Shown here: positions 38,677-48,214 of the stretch, piece after piece
How positions within the stretch are numbered: position 1 is the first letter of the stretch
Layout: each line of letters begins with the position of its first letter
Source of the DNA: Hyalangium minutum
Lineage (GTDB): Bacteria > Myxococcota > Myxococcia > Myxococcales > Myxococcaceae
NCBI RefSeq assembly: GCF_000737315.1
Contig: NZ_JMCB01000007.1
Location: 310,001 to 374,000 of the forward strand
Length of the DNA stretch: 64,000 nt
Direction: 5' to 3'
Translations under genes and position numbers: made by a program
Notes under the pieces: generated by a model
The model's database searches: none
The model's input: the letters and a program-made list of their open reading frames with translations, nothing else
What the model was told of the DNA's origin: nothing

Positions 38677-40107
38677 ATGGGCAAGTCCAGGATGTTCGAT
38701 GCGCGCAGCCGGATGCCGGTGCCAGCCACGGAGGTGTTCGCCTGGCATGCCCGCGAAGGGGCCTTCGAGCGGCTGACGCCCCCCTGGGATGCCGTGGAGG
38801 TGGTGGAGCGCAGTGGCTCGGGCATCCAGCCGGGGACCCGTCTGAAGATCCGGATGAAGATCGGCCCGGTGCCGCAGACGTGGGAGGCGGAGCACACGAA
38901 GTACGTGGAGGGCTCGCTCTTCCAGGACGCCCAGGTGTCCGGCCCCTTCGAGCGCTGGGTGCACACGCACCGGATGTGGCCCGAGCCGCCCTCGTCCTCG
39001 GTGCTGGAGGACGAGGTGGTGTACGCGCTGCCCATGGGGCTCCCGGGGCGGCTGGCGGGAGGCGGCATGGTGCGGCGCCGGCTGGAGCGGGTGTTCACGT
39101 ACCGGCACGCGCTGACGCGCGAGGATCTGCGGCGGCACGCGCTCTACGCGGGGCAGGGGCCGCTCACGGTGGGCGTGACGGGGGCCACCGGTCTGGTGGG
39201 CAGTGCGCTGGTGCCCTTCCTCACCACCGGCGGCCACGTGGTGCGGCGGCTGGTGCGAGGGCGTGCGGACAAGGCGCGCGGGGACGTGGCCTGGAACCCG
39301 GACAAGGGAGAGATCGACACGGCGGCGCTGGAGGGCGTGGACGCAGTGGTGCACCTGGCGGGCGCCAACGTGGGGCAGAAGTGGACCCCGGAGACGAAGG
39401 AGCTCATCCTCCGAAGCCGCACCGAGGGCACGCGCGTGCTGAGCGAGGCCCTGGCCCGGCTCCAGAAGAAGCCGCAGGTGCTGGTGTGCGCGGCGGCCAT
39501 CGGCATCTACGGGGACCGAGGCGACGAGGTGGTGACGGAGGAGAGCCCCCCGGGCGCCGGTTTCCTGGCGGACGTGTGCAAGCAGTGGGAGGCGTCCACG
39601 GCTGCGGCGGAGGCGGCGGGCATCCGCGTGGTGCACCTGCGCATCGGCGTGGTGCTGGATCCGAGGGGAGGGGCGCTGGCGAAGCTGCTCCCGCCCACGC
39701 TCATGGGCGGCGGAGGGCCGGTGGGCGGTGGCCAGCAGTGGCTGAGCTGGATCTCCCTGGAGGACGTGCTGGGGCTCATCCAGCTGGCCCTGTTCAACCG
39801 GGAGCTGCGTGGGCCCATGAATGCCGTGGCCCCCCAGGCGGTGCGCCAGGGAGAGCTGGCCCGCACGCTGGGCCGGGTGGTGTCCCGGCCGGCGGTGCTG
39901 CCCGTGCCCGCGGCGGCCATCCAGGCGCTCTTCGGGGAGATGGGGAAGGAGACCGTGCTCTCCAGCACCCATGTGCGCCCCACGGTGGCCGAGCGCCTGG
40001 GCTTCTCATTCATCCACCCACAGCTGGAGGGCGCCCTGCGCTTCACCCTGGGTCGCACCCAGGGGGGCCTGGAGTTCACTCACTCCGACGCGCCCGATCC
40101 GTCTTGA
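38677..40107 (+). CDS. SRPBCC-domain / TIGR01777-family epimerase fusion (cell division inhibitor SulA-like family)
   Basis: N-terminal VFAWH..EGAFERLTPPW and FQDAQVSGPFERWVHTH; then VTGATGLVG, VVHLAG, SRTEGT, LRIGVVL, GGGQQWLSWI. Confidence 0.88.
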   Translation: MGKSRMFDARSRMPVPATEVFAWHAREGAFERLTPPWDAVEVVERSGSGIQPGTRLKIRMKIGPVPQTWEAEHTKYVEGSLFQDAQVSGPFERWVHTHRMWPEPPSSSVLEDEVVYALPMGLPGRLAGGGMVRRRLERVFTYRHALTREDLRRHALYAGQGPLTVGVTGATGLVGSALVPFLTTGGHVVRRLVRGRADKARGDVAWNPDKGEIDTAALEGVDAVVHLAGANVGQKWTPETKELILRSRTEGTRVLSEALARLQKKPQVLVCAAAIGIYGDRGDEVVTEESPPGAGFLADVCKQWEASTAAAEAAGIRVVHLRIGVVLDPRGGALAKLLPPTLMGGGGPVGGGQQWLSWISLEDVLGLIQLALFNRELRGPMNAVAPQAVRQGELARTLGRVVSRPAVLPVPAAAIQALFGEMGKETVLSSTHVRPTVAERLGFSFIHPQLEGALRFTLGRTQGGLEFTHSDAPDPS

Positions 40108-40132
40108 CAAAGTTCCATCCTGCGCGAATTAA
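40104..40132 (+). promoter_or_regulatory. Possible sigma-70-type promoter of the ABC operon
   Basis: Perfect TTGACA at 40104-40109; only a weak AT-rich -10 (AATTAA) 17 bp downstream. Confidence 0.3.
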
Positions 40133-40165
40133 GACGCGTTTTTCGCAAGGTACAGAGGGTCCCGG

Positions 40166-41107
40166 ATGATCCAGGTCGAAGGGCTCACGAAGTACTACGG
40201 CGAGCATGCAGCGGTTCGAGATCTGGCCTTCACCATCAACAAAGGTGAGGTCATCGGCTTCCTTGGCCTGAACGGCGCGGGGAAGACGACGACGTTGAAG
40301 ATCCTCGGCTGTGTGCTCTTACCCACCTCGGGGCGTGTCGTCATCGACGGATACGACGCGGTGAGAGATCCCCACGAGGTCCGCAAACGCATCGGGTTCC
40401 TGCCCGACACGCCGCCGCTCTATGACGAGATGACGGTGGGCGAGTACCTCGCCTATGTGGCGCAGCTGCGCGGGGTGTCCTCACAGGAGGTCCGCGCGCG
40501 CGTCACCGAGGCCGAGGAGAAGACGGCGCTGCGAGAGAAGGACGGGGCGCTCATCTCCACGCTCAGCCACGGCTACCGGCAGCGCGTGGGCGTGGCGCAG
40601 GCGCTGGTGCACCGCCCGGCCTTCCTCATCCTGGACGAGCCCACCAGTGGCTTGGACCCGGCGCAGATCCGCGGCATGCGCGAGCTCATCCGCAGCCTCA
40701 AGGGTGCGCACACGGTGCTCGTCTCCAGCCACATCCTCCCGGAGATCAGCGAGACGTGTGACCGGCTGCTCATCATCAGCGGCGGACAGCTGGTGGCGCA
40801 GGGCACGGAGGAGGAGCTGGCGCGCAAGCTGGGCGGCGGCTCGGTGGAGGTGGAGGTGCGTGGCGACAAGGCCAAGGCCCTGGAGGCGCTGGCGGGCCTG
40901 GGGCCCGTCACGGTGGCGCAGGAGGACGGCACGGTGCTGTCGCTGCGTGTGGAGGTGTCTCCGGACCAGAGGCCCCAGGTGGCGCGGGCACTGGTGGGGG
41001 CGGGGCTGGAGCTGCTCCGGCTGGATCGCGGCGCGCAGCGGCTCGAGTCCATCTTCCTGAGCCTGACCCGGAATGGCGGGGCGTCGTCCCAGGAGGTGTC
41101 CTCATGA
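40166..41107 (+). CDS. ABC transporter ATP-binding protein (GldA-like)
   Basis: GLNGAGKTT, LSHGYRQRVG, ILDEPTSGLDP, SSHIL. Confidence 0.94.
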   Translation: MIQVEGLTKYYGEHAAVRDLAFTINKGEVIGFLGLNGAGKTTTLKILGCVLLPTSGRVVIDGYDAVRDPHEVRKRIGFLPDTPPLYDEMTVGEYLAYVAQLRGVSSQEVRARVTEAEEKTALREKDGALISTLSHGYRQRVGVAQALVHRPAFLILDEPTSGLDPAQIRGMRELIRSLKGAHTVLVSSHILPEISETCDRLLIISGGQLVAQGTEEELARKLGGGSVEVEVRGDKAKALEALAGLGPVTVAQEDGTVLSLRVEVSPDQRPQVARALVGAGLELLRLDRGAQRLESIFLSLTRNGGASSQEVSS

Positions 41108-41826
41108 AGGCGCTGCTGATTGCCCGCCGCGAGCTGGCCGGCTACCTGCGCTCGCTGAGCGGCTACATCATCATCGCGGTGATCCTCGCGTTGAACGGGC
41201 TGTTCTTCAACGCATTTGCCCTGAGCAAGGCGGCGGAGCGCTCCGCCACGGTGCTCTCCAACTTCTTCTATTACTCGAGCGGCTTCACCATCGTCGCCTC
41301 GGTGTTCATCTCCATGCGGCTGCTGGCCGAGGAGCGGCAGGCGGGCACGCTGCCCCTGCTGTACTCCTCGCCGCTGCGAGACAGGGACATCGTCCTGGGC
41401 AAGTACCTGGCGGGGCTCCTGTTCCTGGCCCTCTACCTGGCGTGCACCTTATATATGCCGCTGCTCATCGCGGTTCACGGCAAGGTGTCCGCGGGCCACA
41501 TCTTCGCGGGCTACCTGGGGCTGCTGCTGCTGGGCAGCGCGTCGCTGGCGGTGGGGACGTTCGGCTCGGCGCTGGCCCGCAACCAGATCATGGCCGCCAT
41601 CCTGACCGCGGTGATGCTCGTGGGCCTCATCCTGTGCTGGCTGCTGGCGCGCATTGCCGAGCAGCCGTTGGCCGGAGTGTTCAGCGCGATGTCGCTGTGG
41701 AACCAGCACTTCCCGCCGTTCCAGAGCGGCCTGGTGCATGTGCGAGACGTGGCCTACTACCTGGTGCTCACCTACGTGGCGCTGTTCGGTGCCACCCGGG
41801 TGTTGGAAGCGCGGAGGTGGCGATGA
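41104..41826 (+). CDS. ABC-2 type permease (GldF-like)
   Basis: ARREL, AEERQAGTLPLL, IVLGKY; several TM segments; ATGA overlaps on both sides. Confidence 0.9.
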   Translation: MKALLIARRELAGYLRSLSGYIIIAVILALNGLFFNAFALSKAAERSATVLSNFFYYSSGFTIVASVFISMRLLAEERQAGTLPLLYSSPLRDRDIVLGKYLAGLLFLALYLACTLYMPLLIAVHGKVSAGHIFAGYLGLLLLGSASLAVGTFGSALARNQIMAAILTAVMLVGLILCWLLARIAEQPLAGVFSAMSLWNQHFPPFQSGLVHVRDVAYYLVLTYVALFGATRVLEARRWR

Positions 41827-43676
41827 ACTCCCGGGGAAGCAGTCTCGTCCTGAGCATCGCCTTCGCGGCGGTGCTGGTGCTCGGCCTCGTCGCCGAGCGT
41901 ATTGCTGGCGCGGGCACCGCGCTCACCGCCACCGTGGCGGTGCGCACCGTGGTGCTGCTGGGAATCATCGGCCTGGGAGTGCTGCGCATGTCCCAGGCCA
42001 CCGGCGAGCGCAAGGTGCTCTGGCGCTGGGCGCTGCTCTGCTACGTGGCGGGCTTCGTGGGCCTGCTGCTCTTCACCGCCCAGTCGGAGCTGGGGGCGAA
42101 GCTGCTCGGCACGCCGCTGTCCCAGTCCTCGCCGAAGCTGGCGGTGGTGTTCCAGGCGCTCTTCCCGGCGCTGCTGGTGCTGTCGCTGCTGCCGCTGGCG
42201 CTGCTGGAGTCCTCGGCTGCCGCCATGGCCCGCGCGCCCGTCCTGGAGACGGACCGCACGCGCGGGGCGCTGTACTCCGGTGCGGGCACGGCCTTCGTCC
42301 TCATCTTCGCCTTCGCGGCCATGTACGTGGCCACGCAGCGGGACGTGACGTGGGACTTGTCCTACTTCCGGACCGCGCGGCCGGGTGAGTCCAGCCGGAA
42401 GATTGTCCGCGGCCTCACCGAGCCGCTGCAGGTGATGCTCTTCTTCCCGCCCGCCAATGACGTGGGCGAGGCGGTGAGCCAGTACTTTCGCGAGCTGGGC
42501 GAGGAGTCTCCGCAGCTCCAGGTGGAGCGGCTGGACCAGGCCGTGGAGCCGGCGAAGGCCCGCACGGTGGGGGTCACCACCAACGGCGTCCTCGTGCTGG
42601 CGCGCGGCGAGCAGCGCGAGGTGTTCACCGTGGGCCTGGAGCTCGACCGGGCGCGTGGGCAGCTGAGCCGGCTGGACCAGGAAGTTCAGAAGCGGCTGCT
42701 CACGGTGGCCCGCCCGCGCCGCGTGGTGTACCTCACCGAGGGCCATGGCGAGCGCAGCGACGCGCGCGCCTTGCCGGGGGAGACGGAGCGCCCCGGTATT
42801 TCCCAGCTCAAGGAGCTGCTGCGCGGCCAGAACGTGGAGGTGCAAACGGTGAGCGCTGGCGAGGGCCTGGGCACCGAGGTGCCGCGCGACGCGGCGGCGG
42901 TGCTCATCCTCGGGCCCACCAAGCCCTTCCTCCCGGAGGAGGTGGCGGCCCTGCGCGAGTACTTCAACAAGGGCGGGCGGCTGTTCATCGCCCTGGATCC
43001 GGAGGGCTCCCCGGAGGACGAGCTGCTGAAGATGCTCGGGGTGAAGTACCTGAAGACGAAGCTGGCCAATGATCAGGTGTACTTCCGCCTCACCCGCCAG
43101 CCGAGCGATCGCACCAACCTGGGCACCTCGAACTACTCCTCGCACCCGTCCGTTTCGACGCTCGCGCAGCTGGGCGGGCAGGGGCCCGTGGTGATGCTGG
43201 GCGCGGGTGCGCTGGAGCCCATCGTCCCGCCGCCCGAGGGCATCAGCGTGGACGTGACGGTGCGCGCGCACGAGGCCACCTTCCCGGACGCCAACGGCAA
43301 CTTCACCGAGGATCCGGGCGAGGAGCGCCGCAACTGGCCGCTGGCGGTGGCGGTGCAGAAGCAGGGCACCGGCAAGGATCCGGGGCGGGCGGTGGTGCTG
43401 GGCGACTCGGATGCGCTGGTGGATGGCGTGCTGCCGAGCCTGGGCAACGTGTACCTGGCGCTGGACGCGCTGCGCTGGCTCACGGGCGAGGAGGCCATCT
43501 CTGGCAAGGTGACGAGTGAGGAGGACGTGCCCATCCAGCACACGCGCGAGCAGGACGTGCTGTGGTTCTGGGCCACGGTGCTGCTGGCGCCGGCGGTGGT
43601 GTTGGGCGTGGGGTTCTTCGTGACGCGGCGGCGGGGCCGCCGTGCGCCGGCGGTACCGGCAGGAGGTGCGTCATGA
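41823..43676 (+). CDS. GldG-like ABC-associated auxiliary protein
   Basis: N-terminal TM segments, RDVTWDLS, VYLTEGHGE, ILGP...FLPEE..AL..Y..KGGRL, VVLGDSD, C-terminal TM. Confidence 0.85.
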   Translation: MNSRGSSLVLSIAFAAVLVLGLVAERIAGAGTALTATVAVRTVVLLGIIGLGVLRMSQATGERKVLWRWALLCYVAGFVGLLLFTAQSELGAKLLGTPLSQSSPKLAVVFQALFPALLVLSLLPLALLESSAAAMARAPVLETDRTRGALYSGAGTAFVLIFAFAAMYVATQRDVTWDLSYFRTARPGESSRKIVRGLTEPLQVMLFFPPANDVGEAVSQYFRELGEESPQLQVERLDQAVEPAKARTVGVTTNGVLVLARGEQREVFTVGLELDRARGQLSRLDQEVQKRLLTVARPRRVVYLTEGHGERSDARALPGETERPGISQLKELLRGQNVEVQTVSAGEGLGTEVPRDAAAVLILGPTKPFLPEEVAALREYFNKGGRLFIALDPEGSPEDELLKMLGVKYLKTKLANDQVYFRLTRQPSDRTNLGTSNYSSHPSVSTLAQLGGQGPVVMLGAGALEPIVPPPEGISVDVTVRAHEATFPDANGNFTEDPGEERRNWPLAVAVQKQGTGKDPGRAVVLGDSDALVDGVLPSLGNVYLALDALRWLTGEEAISGKVTSEEDVPIQHTREQDVLWFWATVLLAPAVVLGVGFFVTRRRGRRAPAVPAGGAS

Positions 43677-44761
43677 ACGCGCGAGGGTTGGCGCTGCAGG
43701 GTGGGCTCGCGGCGCTGGGATTGGTGGCGGCCTTCCTCACGTGGCAGCGCGAGCCAGAGGGCCAGCCCGGCGAGGTGACGGTGTTGGATCTCTCCAAGCG
43801 GGCGCTGCAGAAGGTTCGCTACGAGGACCCGACGCGCTTCGCCGAGCTGTTCCGCAACCCGCAGGACGAGGACCGGCTCTGGGTGCGGGTGGGCGACAAG
43901 CCGAAGCCACCGCCTCCCGCGCCTCCTCCGGCTTTGGGGACGGATGGCGGTGTGCCTGGGGGCACGGATGGTGGAGCGGCGGTGGCTTCCACGGTGGGCG
44001 CGGTGGATGCGGGAGTTTCGTCCACGCCGCCCACGCCGCCACCGCCTCCGCCGCCTCGCGAGCTGCGAGCCAATGCGAACGCGGAGACCTTGTGGGGCCG
44101 TCTGGCGCCGGTGAAGGGCTCGCGGTCGCTGGGCGAGCTGGACGCGAAGAAGCTCGAGGAACTGGGGTTGGTGAACAGCCCGCGCAAACTGACGTTCACG
44201 GTGGATGGCCGGGAGCAGGTGCTCGCGCTGGCGGCCCCCACGGGCGGCGCCTGGGGGACTCCGTACGCGTTGCGGGAGGACGGCAAGGTCTTCCTGCTGG
44301 TGACGACCCTTCTCCCGGACCTGGAGAACGCGATGAGCCGGCTGGTGGATCGCCGGTTGCACCTGTTCGAGGAGGGGGACTACGACTCCATCACCGTTTC
44401 AGCGGGGAAGAACTCGCGGACCTTTACCTCGACGGGCAAGCCTCCGACGCCGGTGGTGATTGCACCGCAGAACGCGCCGGACAAGCCGGACGAGTTCGTC
44501 CGCAACTGGCACGACCGCGTCTGGCGGATGATGGCGATGGACGTGCTGGGCCAGGGCGAGGAGCCGCCGGGCGGAGCGCCCGAGGAGCAGGTGCGCATCG
44601 GCTACGGCAAGGGCGGCAAGGAGATGGGCTTCCTCGTCCTCGCGAAGAACCCCAAGGGCGAGTACTTCGCGCGCTCCGAGCACAGCGCGGGCTGGGTCCG
44701 GCTCCACGCCGGGTTCGACACGCTGGTGAACGAGGCCATCAAGATCGCCTCGGGAACCTGA
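43673..44761 (+). CDS. DUF4340-like exported protein with Pro-rich insertion
   Basis: Signal/TM N-terminus, KKLEELGL..P motif; last gene of the Gld-like ABC operon. Confidence 0.7.
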   Translation: MNARGLALQGGLAALGLVAAFLTWQREPEGQPGEVTVLDLSKRALQKVRYEDPTRFAELFRNPQDEDRLWVRVGDKPKPPPPAPPPALGTDGGVPGGTDGGAAVASTVGAVDAGVSSTPPTPPPPPPPRELRANANAETLWGRLAPVKGSRSLGELDAKKLEELGLVNSPRKLTFTVDGREQVLALAAPTGGAWGTPYALREDGKVFLLVTTLLPDLENAMSRLVDRRLHLFEEGDYDSITVSAGKNSRTFTSTGKPPTPVVIAPQNAPDKPDEFVRNWHDRVWRMMAMDVLGQGEEPPGGAPEEQVRIGYGKGGKEMGFLVLAKNPKGEYFARSEHSAGWVRLHAGFDTLVNEAIKIASGT

Positions 44762-44778
44762 GCGTTCGCTGTCACGAG

Positions 44779-44803
44779 GGCGCCTGAGCCCGGCTCAGGC
44801 GCC
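44779..44803. terminator. Perfect 12-bp inverted repeat between convergent genes (probable bidirectional terminator hairpin)
   Basis: GGCGCCTGAGCC-C-GGCTCAGGCGCC; no U-tract. Confidence 0.45.
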
Positions 44804-44821
44804 TCGGCGATGCTTGGCCAC

Positions 44822-46540
44822 TCATGTCGGCTGCAGGAAGCGGCCGTCCACGAGGTGGTCAATCACCTCGCGGGCGGAGTGCGGATCGAGCCTCGCCTTC
44901 GTTCCCAGCTGCGTCACCGCCTGGGCGACCGTGGTAGGGCGCTCGAAGGCGGCGAGGGCCGACAGGAGAATCTGACCCTCCTCGCCCTGATCCAGTGTCG
45001 GGTCGGTGAACCGCCGTGGGCTGACGGAGGGCGCACAGGCGAGGCCCGTTCCGTCCACGGAGCGCACCACCGTCACCGTCTCCTGCGCCACCTTCGCGGG
45101 GACCTTGTGGGGACCCAGCCAGTCACTGAGCTTGAACTGGAGCGTCGAGGGGGCAGTGTTCAGGAGGCGCGTGCGTCCGTTGATCTGCACCTTCCGCTTT
45201 GCAGCCCGGTGCTTCCACGCGAGGGAGTCCACATGGTCCGACGTGCGCTGCACCGCTTCCTCGAGCGCCGCGTCGCGGAAGCGCAGCATCGGCACGGATA
45301 CGTCGCCGGGCTCGCGCTGCTCGAAGTACTCGAGGAACTCCGTGAACGTCCGTGCCTCGGTCTCCATGTCGAACCGCGCGGGGTGCTCCGTGACGAGCGC
45401 TCCCGGCTGTGCTTCGAGCCGCTGGTAGCCCACCACGCAGTCCAGGCTGATGACCTTCTCCACCAGGCGGAGCTCCTCCTTCAGCGTGGCAGCGCTGGCG
45501 AAGGGGAGGCCCGCGATGCCGGAGATCTCCACGTCCAGGTTCTTGTGGCGGCGGCAGCGGTCGATGAGCTCCAGCAGCTCCTGATCCGTGGCACACGGCT
45601 TGAGCAGGCCCCGGCGCATCTGCTCGAGCCGCTGTTGCTCCGAGAAGCAGCCGATGTCGAGCACCATGAAGACGCGCTCGAAGGTTTGCGCCAGCGCGTC
45701 GATGAGCTCGATCCGTGCCACGCCCCACAGGAAGTACGTGCAGCAGTGGCGGGAGAGATCGACTCCCGCCCAGGTATTCTGGAGGAACTCCGCCGTGCTC
45801 CCCGAGAAGTCGTAGCGCATCTGCCACGTCCGAGGAGCGATCTCCTGGTGATCGCGGCGCACGCTCTCCTCGGATCGCAGGAACGGCTTGGCGCGCCCGA
45901 AGGCCGCTTTCTGGTTGCCGCGGGCTCCGCCGCAATAGAGGCAGTTCTCGCCACAGCCCTTGCCGGGCGCGACCCACCCCGAGAACGCGTGGAGGTCCTG
46001 CTGGCTCAGGAAGATGTCTTGGAAGTGGGAGTAGTAGACGTCCTCGCTGTTCGTGGCGCCCTGGACGTACTTCAGGGGCAGACGCCGTGGAGAGCCGTCT
46101 GGATCCCGGGTGACGCAGTTGGGCGGGGAGGGGTCACCCTGGCAGAGCGCCAGCAGAGGCCGCTCGCCGTCGCCCAGGACGATGTGGTCGATGGAGTCGA
46201 AGGCGTGCAGTTCCCGCCACCAGTACGCCGCGGTGTTACCGCCCACGACGACGCGGATGCTGGGGTCGATCTTCCGCAAGGTCCGCGCCACGAGCAGGGC
46301 GCGGTGGACGTGGTGGAACCACTTGAGGCTGATGCCGACGAGCTTGGGGCGCACACGGGCCACCAGGGCCTCGAGCGAGCGAGCCACCTCTTCCTCGGTC
46401 TCGTCCCCATCGTAGAGCCGGACGAACGCTTCGATGCCGCCCCGGCGCAGGTAGCTCGCGAGATACAGGATCCCACACGTGGCCTCGCCGGTACCGGCGC
46501 CAAGAAGGAGGACTGGAGAGAGGACGCGACGGCCATTCAT
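44822..46540 (-). CDS. Cobalamin-binding radical SAM protein
   Basis: B12-binding N-terminus (GILYLASYLRRGG, LVGIS, VVVGG) and CGENCLYC (CxxxCxxC); ATG at 46540 preferred. Confidence 0.88.
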   Translation of the reverse strand: MNGRRVLSPVLLLGAGTGEATCGILYLASYLRRGGIEAFVRLYDGDETEEEVARSLEALVARVRPKLVGISLKWFHHVHRALLVARTLRKIDPSIRVVVGGNTAAYWWRELHAFDSIDHIVLGDGERPLLALCQGDPSPPNCVTRDPDGSPRRLPLKYVQGATNSEDVYYSHFQDIFLSQQDLHAFSGWVAPGKGCGENCLYCGGARGNQKAAFGRAKPFLRSEESVRRDHQEIAPRTWQMRYDFSGSTAEFLQNTWAGVDLSRHCCTYFLWGVARIELIDALAQTFERVFMVLDIGCFSEQQRLEQMRRGLLKPCATDQELLELIDRCRRHKNLDVEISGIAGLPFASAATLKEELRLVEKVISLDCVVGYQRLEAQPGALVTEHPARFDMETEARTFTEFLEYFEQREPGDVSVPMLRFRDAALEEAVQRTSDHVDSLAWKHRAAKRKVQINGRTRLLNTAPSTLQFKLSDWLGPHKVPAKVAQETVTVVRSVDGTGLACAPSVSPRRFTDPTLDQGEEGQILLSALAAFERPTTVAQAVTQLGTKARLDPHSAREVIDHLVDGRFLQPT

Positions 46541-46674
46541 GAGGGGGGACCCGACCTTCGTAACAGCGCGAGTATAGCGGTCTTGTCCCGCGCCGTGGCG
46601 ACGTGTCATGGGTATGTCAGGGGGAGCCTCTGACAAGTCATCTCCTCGCAGCGAGCGCGGCGTCACTCCGCTTC

Positions 46675-47100
46675 GTCACACGCATCTTCGGAGAGTTCCA
46701 GGAGGTGACGCGCGAGGGCGTGCCCATCAGCCGCATCTTCAAGAACGGGGACTTCGGCTACCGCACCATCACGGTGGAGCGCCCCGAGCGGGACGCGAAG
46801 GGCCAGCCGGTGCTGGGCTCGAAGGGCAAGGGCAAGGGCAAGCCCGTGGCGGACGCGAACCTCCGTGACACGGAGAACGTCCCGCTCTCCGAGGACGTGG
46901 AGGCGTACTTCCAGCGCGAGGTGCTGCCCCATGCGACGGATGCGTGGATCGACCACGAGAAGACGAAGGTGGGCTACGCGATTCCCTTCAACCGGCACTT
47001 CTACGTCTTCAAGCCGCCGCGCAAGCTGGAGGACATCGACAAGGACTTGAAGGGTGTCACCGGCCGCATTCTCCAGATGATCGGTGGGCTATCTCAGTGA
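46675..47100 (+). pseudogene. hsdM: 3' fragment of a type I restriction-modification M subunit
   Basis: [61 protein letters not shown]...PPR.LEDID is the typical HsdM C-terminus. The catalytic NPPF/Y region is absent. Confidence 0.88.
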
Positions 47101-47119
47101 GCGTCTCGAAAGGGTGCGC

Positions 47120-47938
47120 TCAGATCCCCATCGTCCAGTCCCAGTAGAGCGGTTGGCACGAGAAGGGGCCCTGCTCCCAGCTCCGGCTGCAGTGGTAACC
47201 CTCGCCACAGGCGTTGGGAGGCCCTTGAGGGTCGCAAGCCGGCAGACAATGCCAGCCGTCGCAGACCTTGCCCTCGCCGCAGGGGGGCTTGCCTTCGCCG
47301 CAGGGTTCGACGCACTCCATCCACACCTTGCCTGGAAAGGCGGCCTCTCGGGCCAACAGTGCATCCCTTTCGAGGAGGGCGCAGGTGGGGAAACACAGGG
47401 GCTGGGGAACGGTGTCCGCGCAGAAAAAGCCCTCCGGGCAGCTCTGACTGTCTTCGGGACGGCAGAGCCGGGCACACCAAGCGTGTTCTCTGCCACCGCA
47501 CAGCAAGCCCGCGGCGCAGGCGTTTGCCCGGTCATCCGGAAGCTCGACGCACCCCTCGCCTTCCTGGCGAAGACCCACGGGGATGCAGCGGCGCACGAAG
47601 GGGCCTCCTCCCCATGTAGCGAGGAGGCGGCAGACCTCGTCTTCCTTGCATTGGCCGTCCGTCAAACACTCGCTGTCGACGCAGGTGGACCGGAGGTGGC
47701 GGCCGTCGAACAGGCAGCCCAACGGCGCTTCACACGCTCCGCTAGGTCCGCACCGCCGGCCATAGGTCTCCCGTTGCATGCGCTGCTCAGGGGTGAGCAC
47801 GGGGCTGATGCGCACCCCAGGGAGCGGCTGCGTGGGGACTTCTGGCTTCAGGAGCGCCCAGAGCAACAGCAGCAGGGGCAGGGGCAGCAACACGCTCGCG
47901 AAGACCACGCTCCCCTTGCGCCAGTTCCACCTCCGCAC
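47120..47938 (-). CDS. Cys-rich membrane-anchored/exported protein (myxobacterial EB/Dickkopf-like Cys repeats)
   Basis: N-terminal hydrophobic segment and many spaced Cys (CEAPLGC, CLTDGQC, CAAGLLC, CPEGFFC). Confidence 0.75.
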   Translation of the reverse strand: MRRWNWRKGSVVFASVLLPLPLLLLLWALLKPEVPTQPLPGVRISPVLTPEQRMQRETYGRRCGPSGACEAPLGCLFDGRHLRSTCVDSECLTDGQCKEDEVCRLLATWGGGPFVRRCIPVGLRQEGEGCVELPDDRANACAAGLLCGGREHAWCARLCRPEDSQSCPEGFFCADTVPQPLCFPTCALLERDALLAREAAFPGKVWMECVEPCGEGKPPCGEGKVCDGWHCLPACDPQGPPNACGEGYHCSRSWEQGPFSCQPLYWDWTMGI

Positions 47939-48184
47939 CTACGGCCCTCCACATTCGAGACACGCGGGGGAGCGGTCCTGGCCGTGCCCGCAGACCTCCT
48001 TGCGTCGTTTCCGAGGGGCAGCCGGCCGTCACCGTGACGGAGAGGACGGCAACAGCCATCTGGAGCCAACGCATGGGGTCTCCCATGAAGGGCGCTCGAC
48101 GCTACCAGCGTGGCTCCCATGGCGTCCACGTTCCGGCAGGTGGAGCAGGTCGCCTGGCCTCACGCGGAAGGCTTCTAACGCGCG

Positions 48185-48201
48185 CCTACCTCTGAGGTAG
48201 G
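48185..48201. promoter_or_regulatory. Perfect palindrome CCTACCTC-T-GAGGTAGG, putative operator
   Basis: 8-bp inverted repeat ending 13 bp upstream of the kinase ATG. Confidence 0.4.
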
Positions 48202-48214
48202 GTGGCGGGCACCC

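Noticed and set aside
37678-39972. 764-aa ORF suggesting a large N-terminal extension on Sua5 (and the 633-aa extension of the TIGR01777 gene)
   Set aside because: The extensions are antisense read-through across the neighbouring divergent gene; the real starts are at 38649 and 38677.
46541-46674. Cobalamin riboswitch or RiPP precursor upstream of the radical SAM gene
   Set aside because: The region is short, shows no B12-box motif and has no convincing small ORF.
46603-47100. 165-aa ORF as an intact gene
   Set aside because: Only the part from about 46675 resembles HsdM. The methyltransferase catalytic motifs are missing and the first ~24 codons are unrelated.
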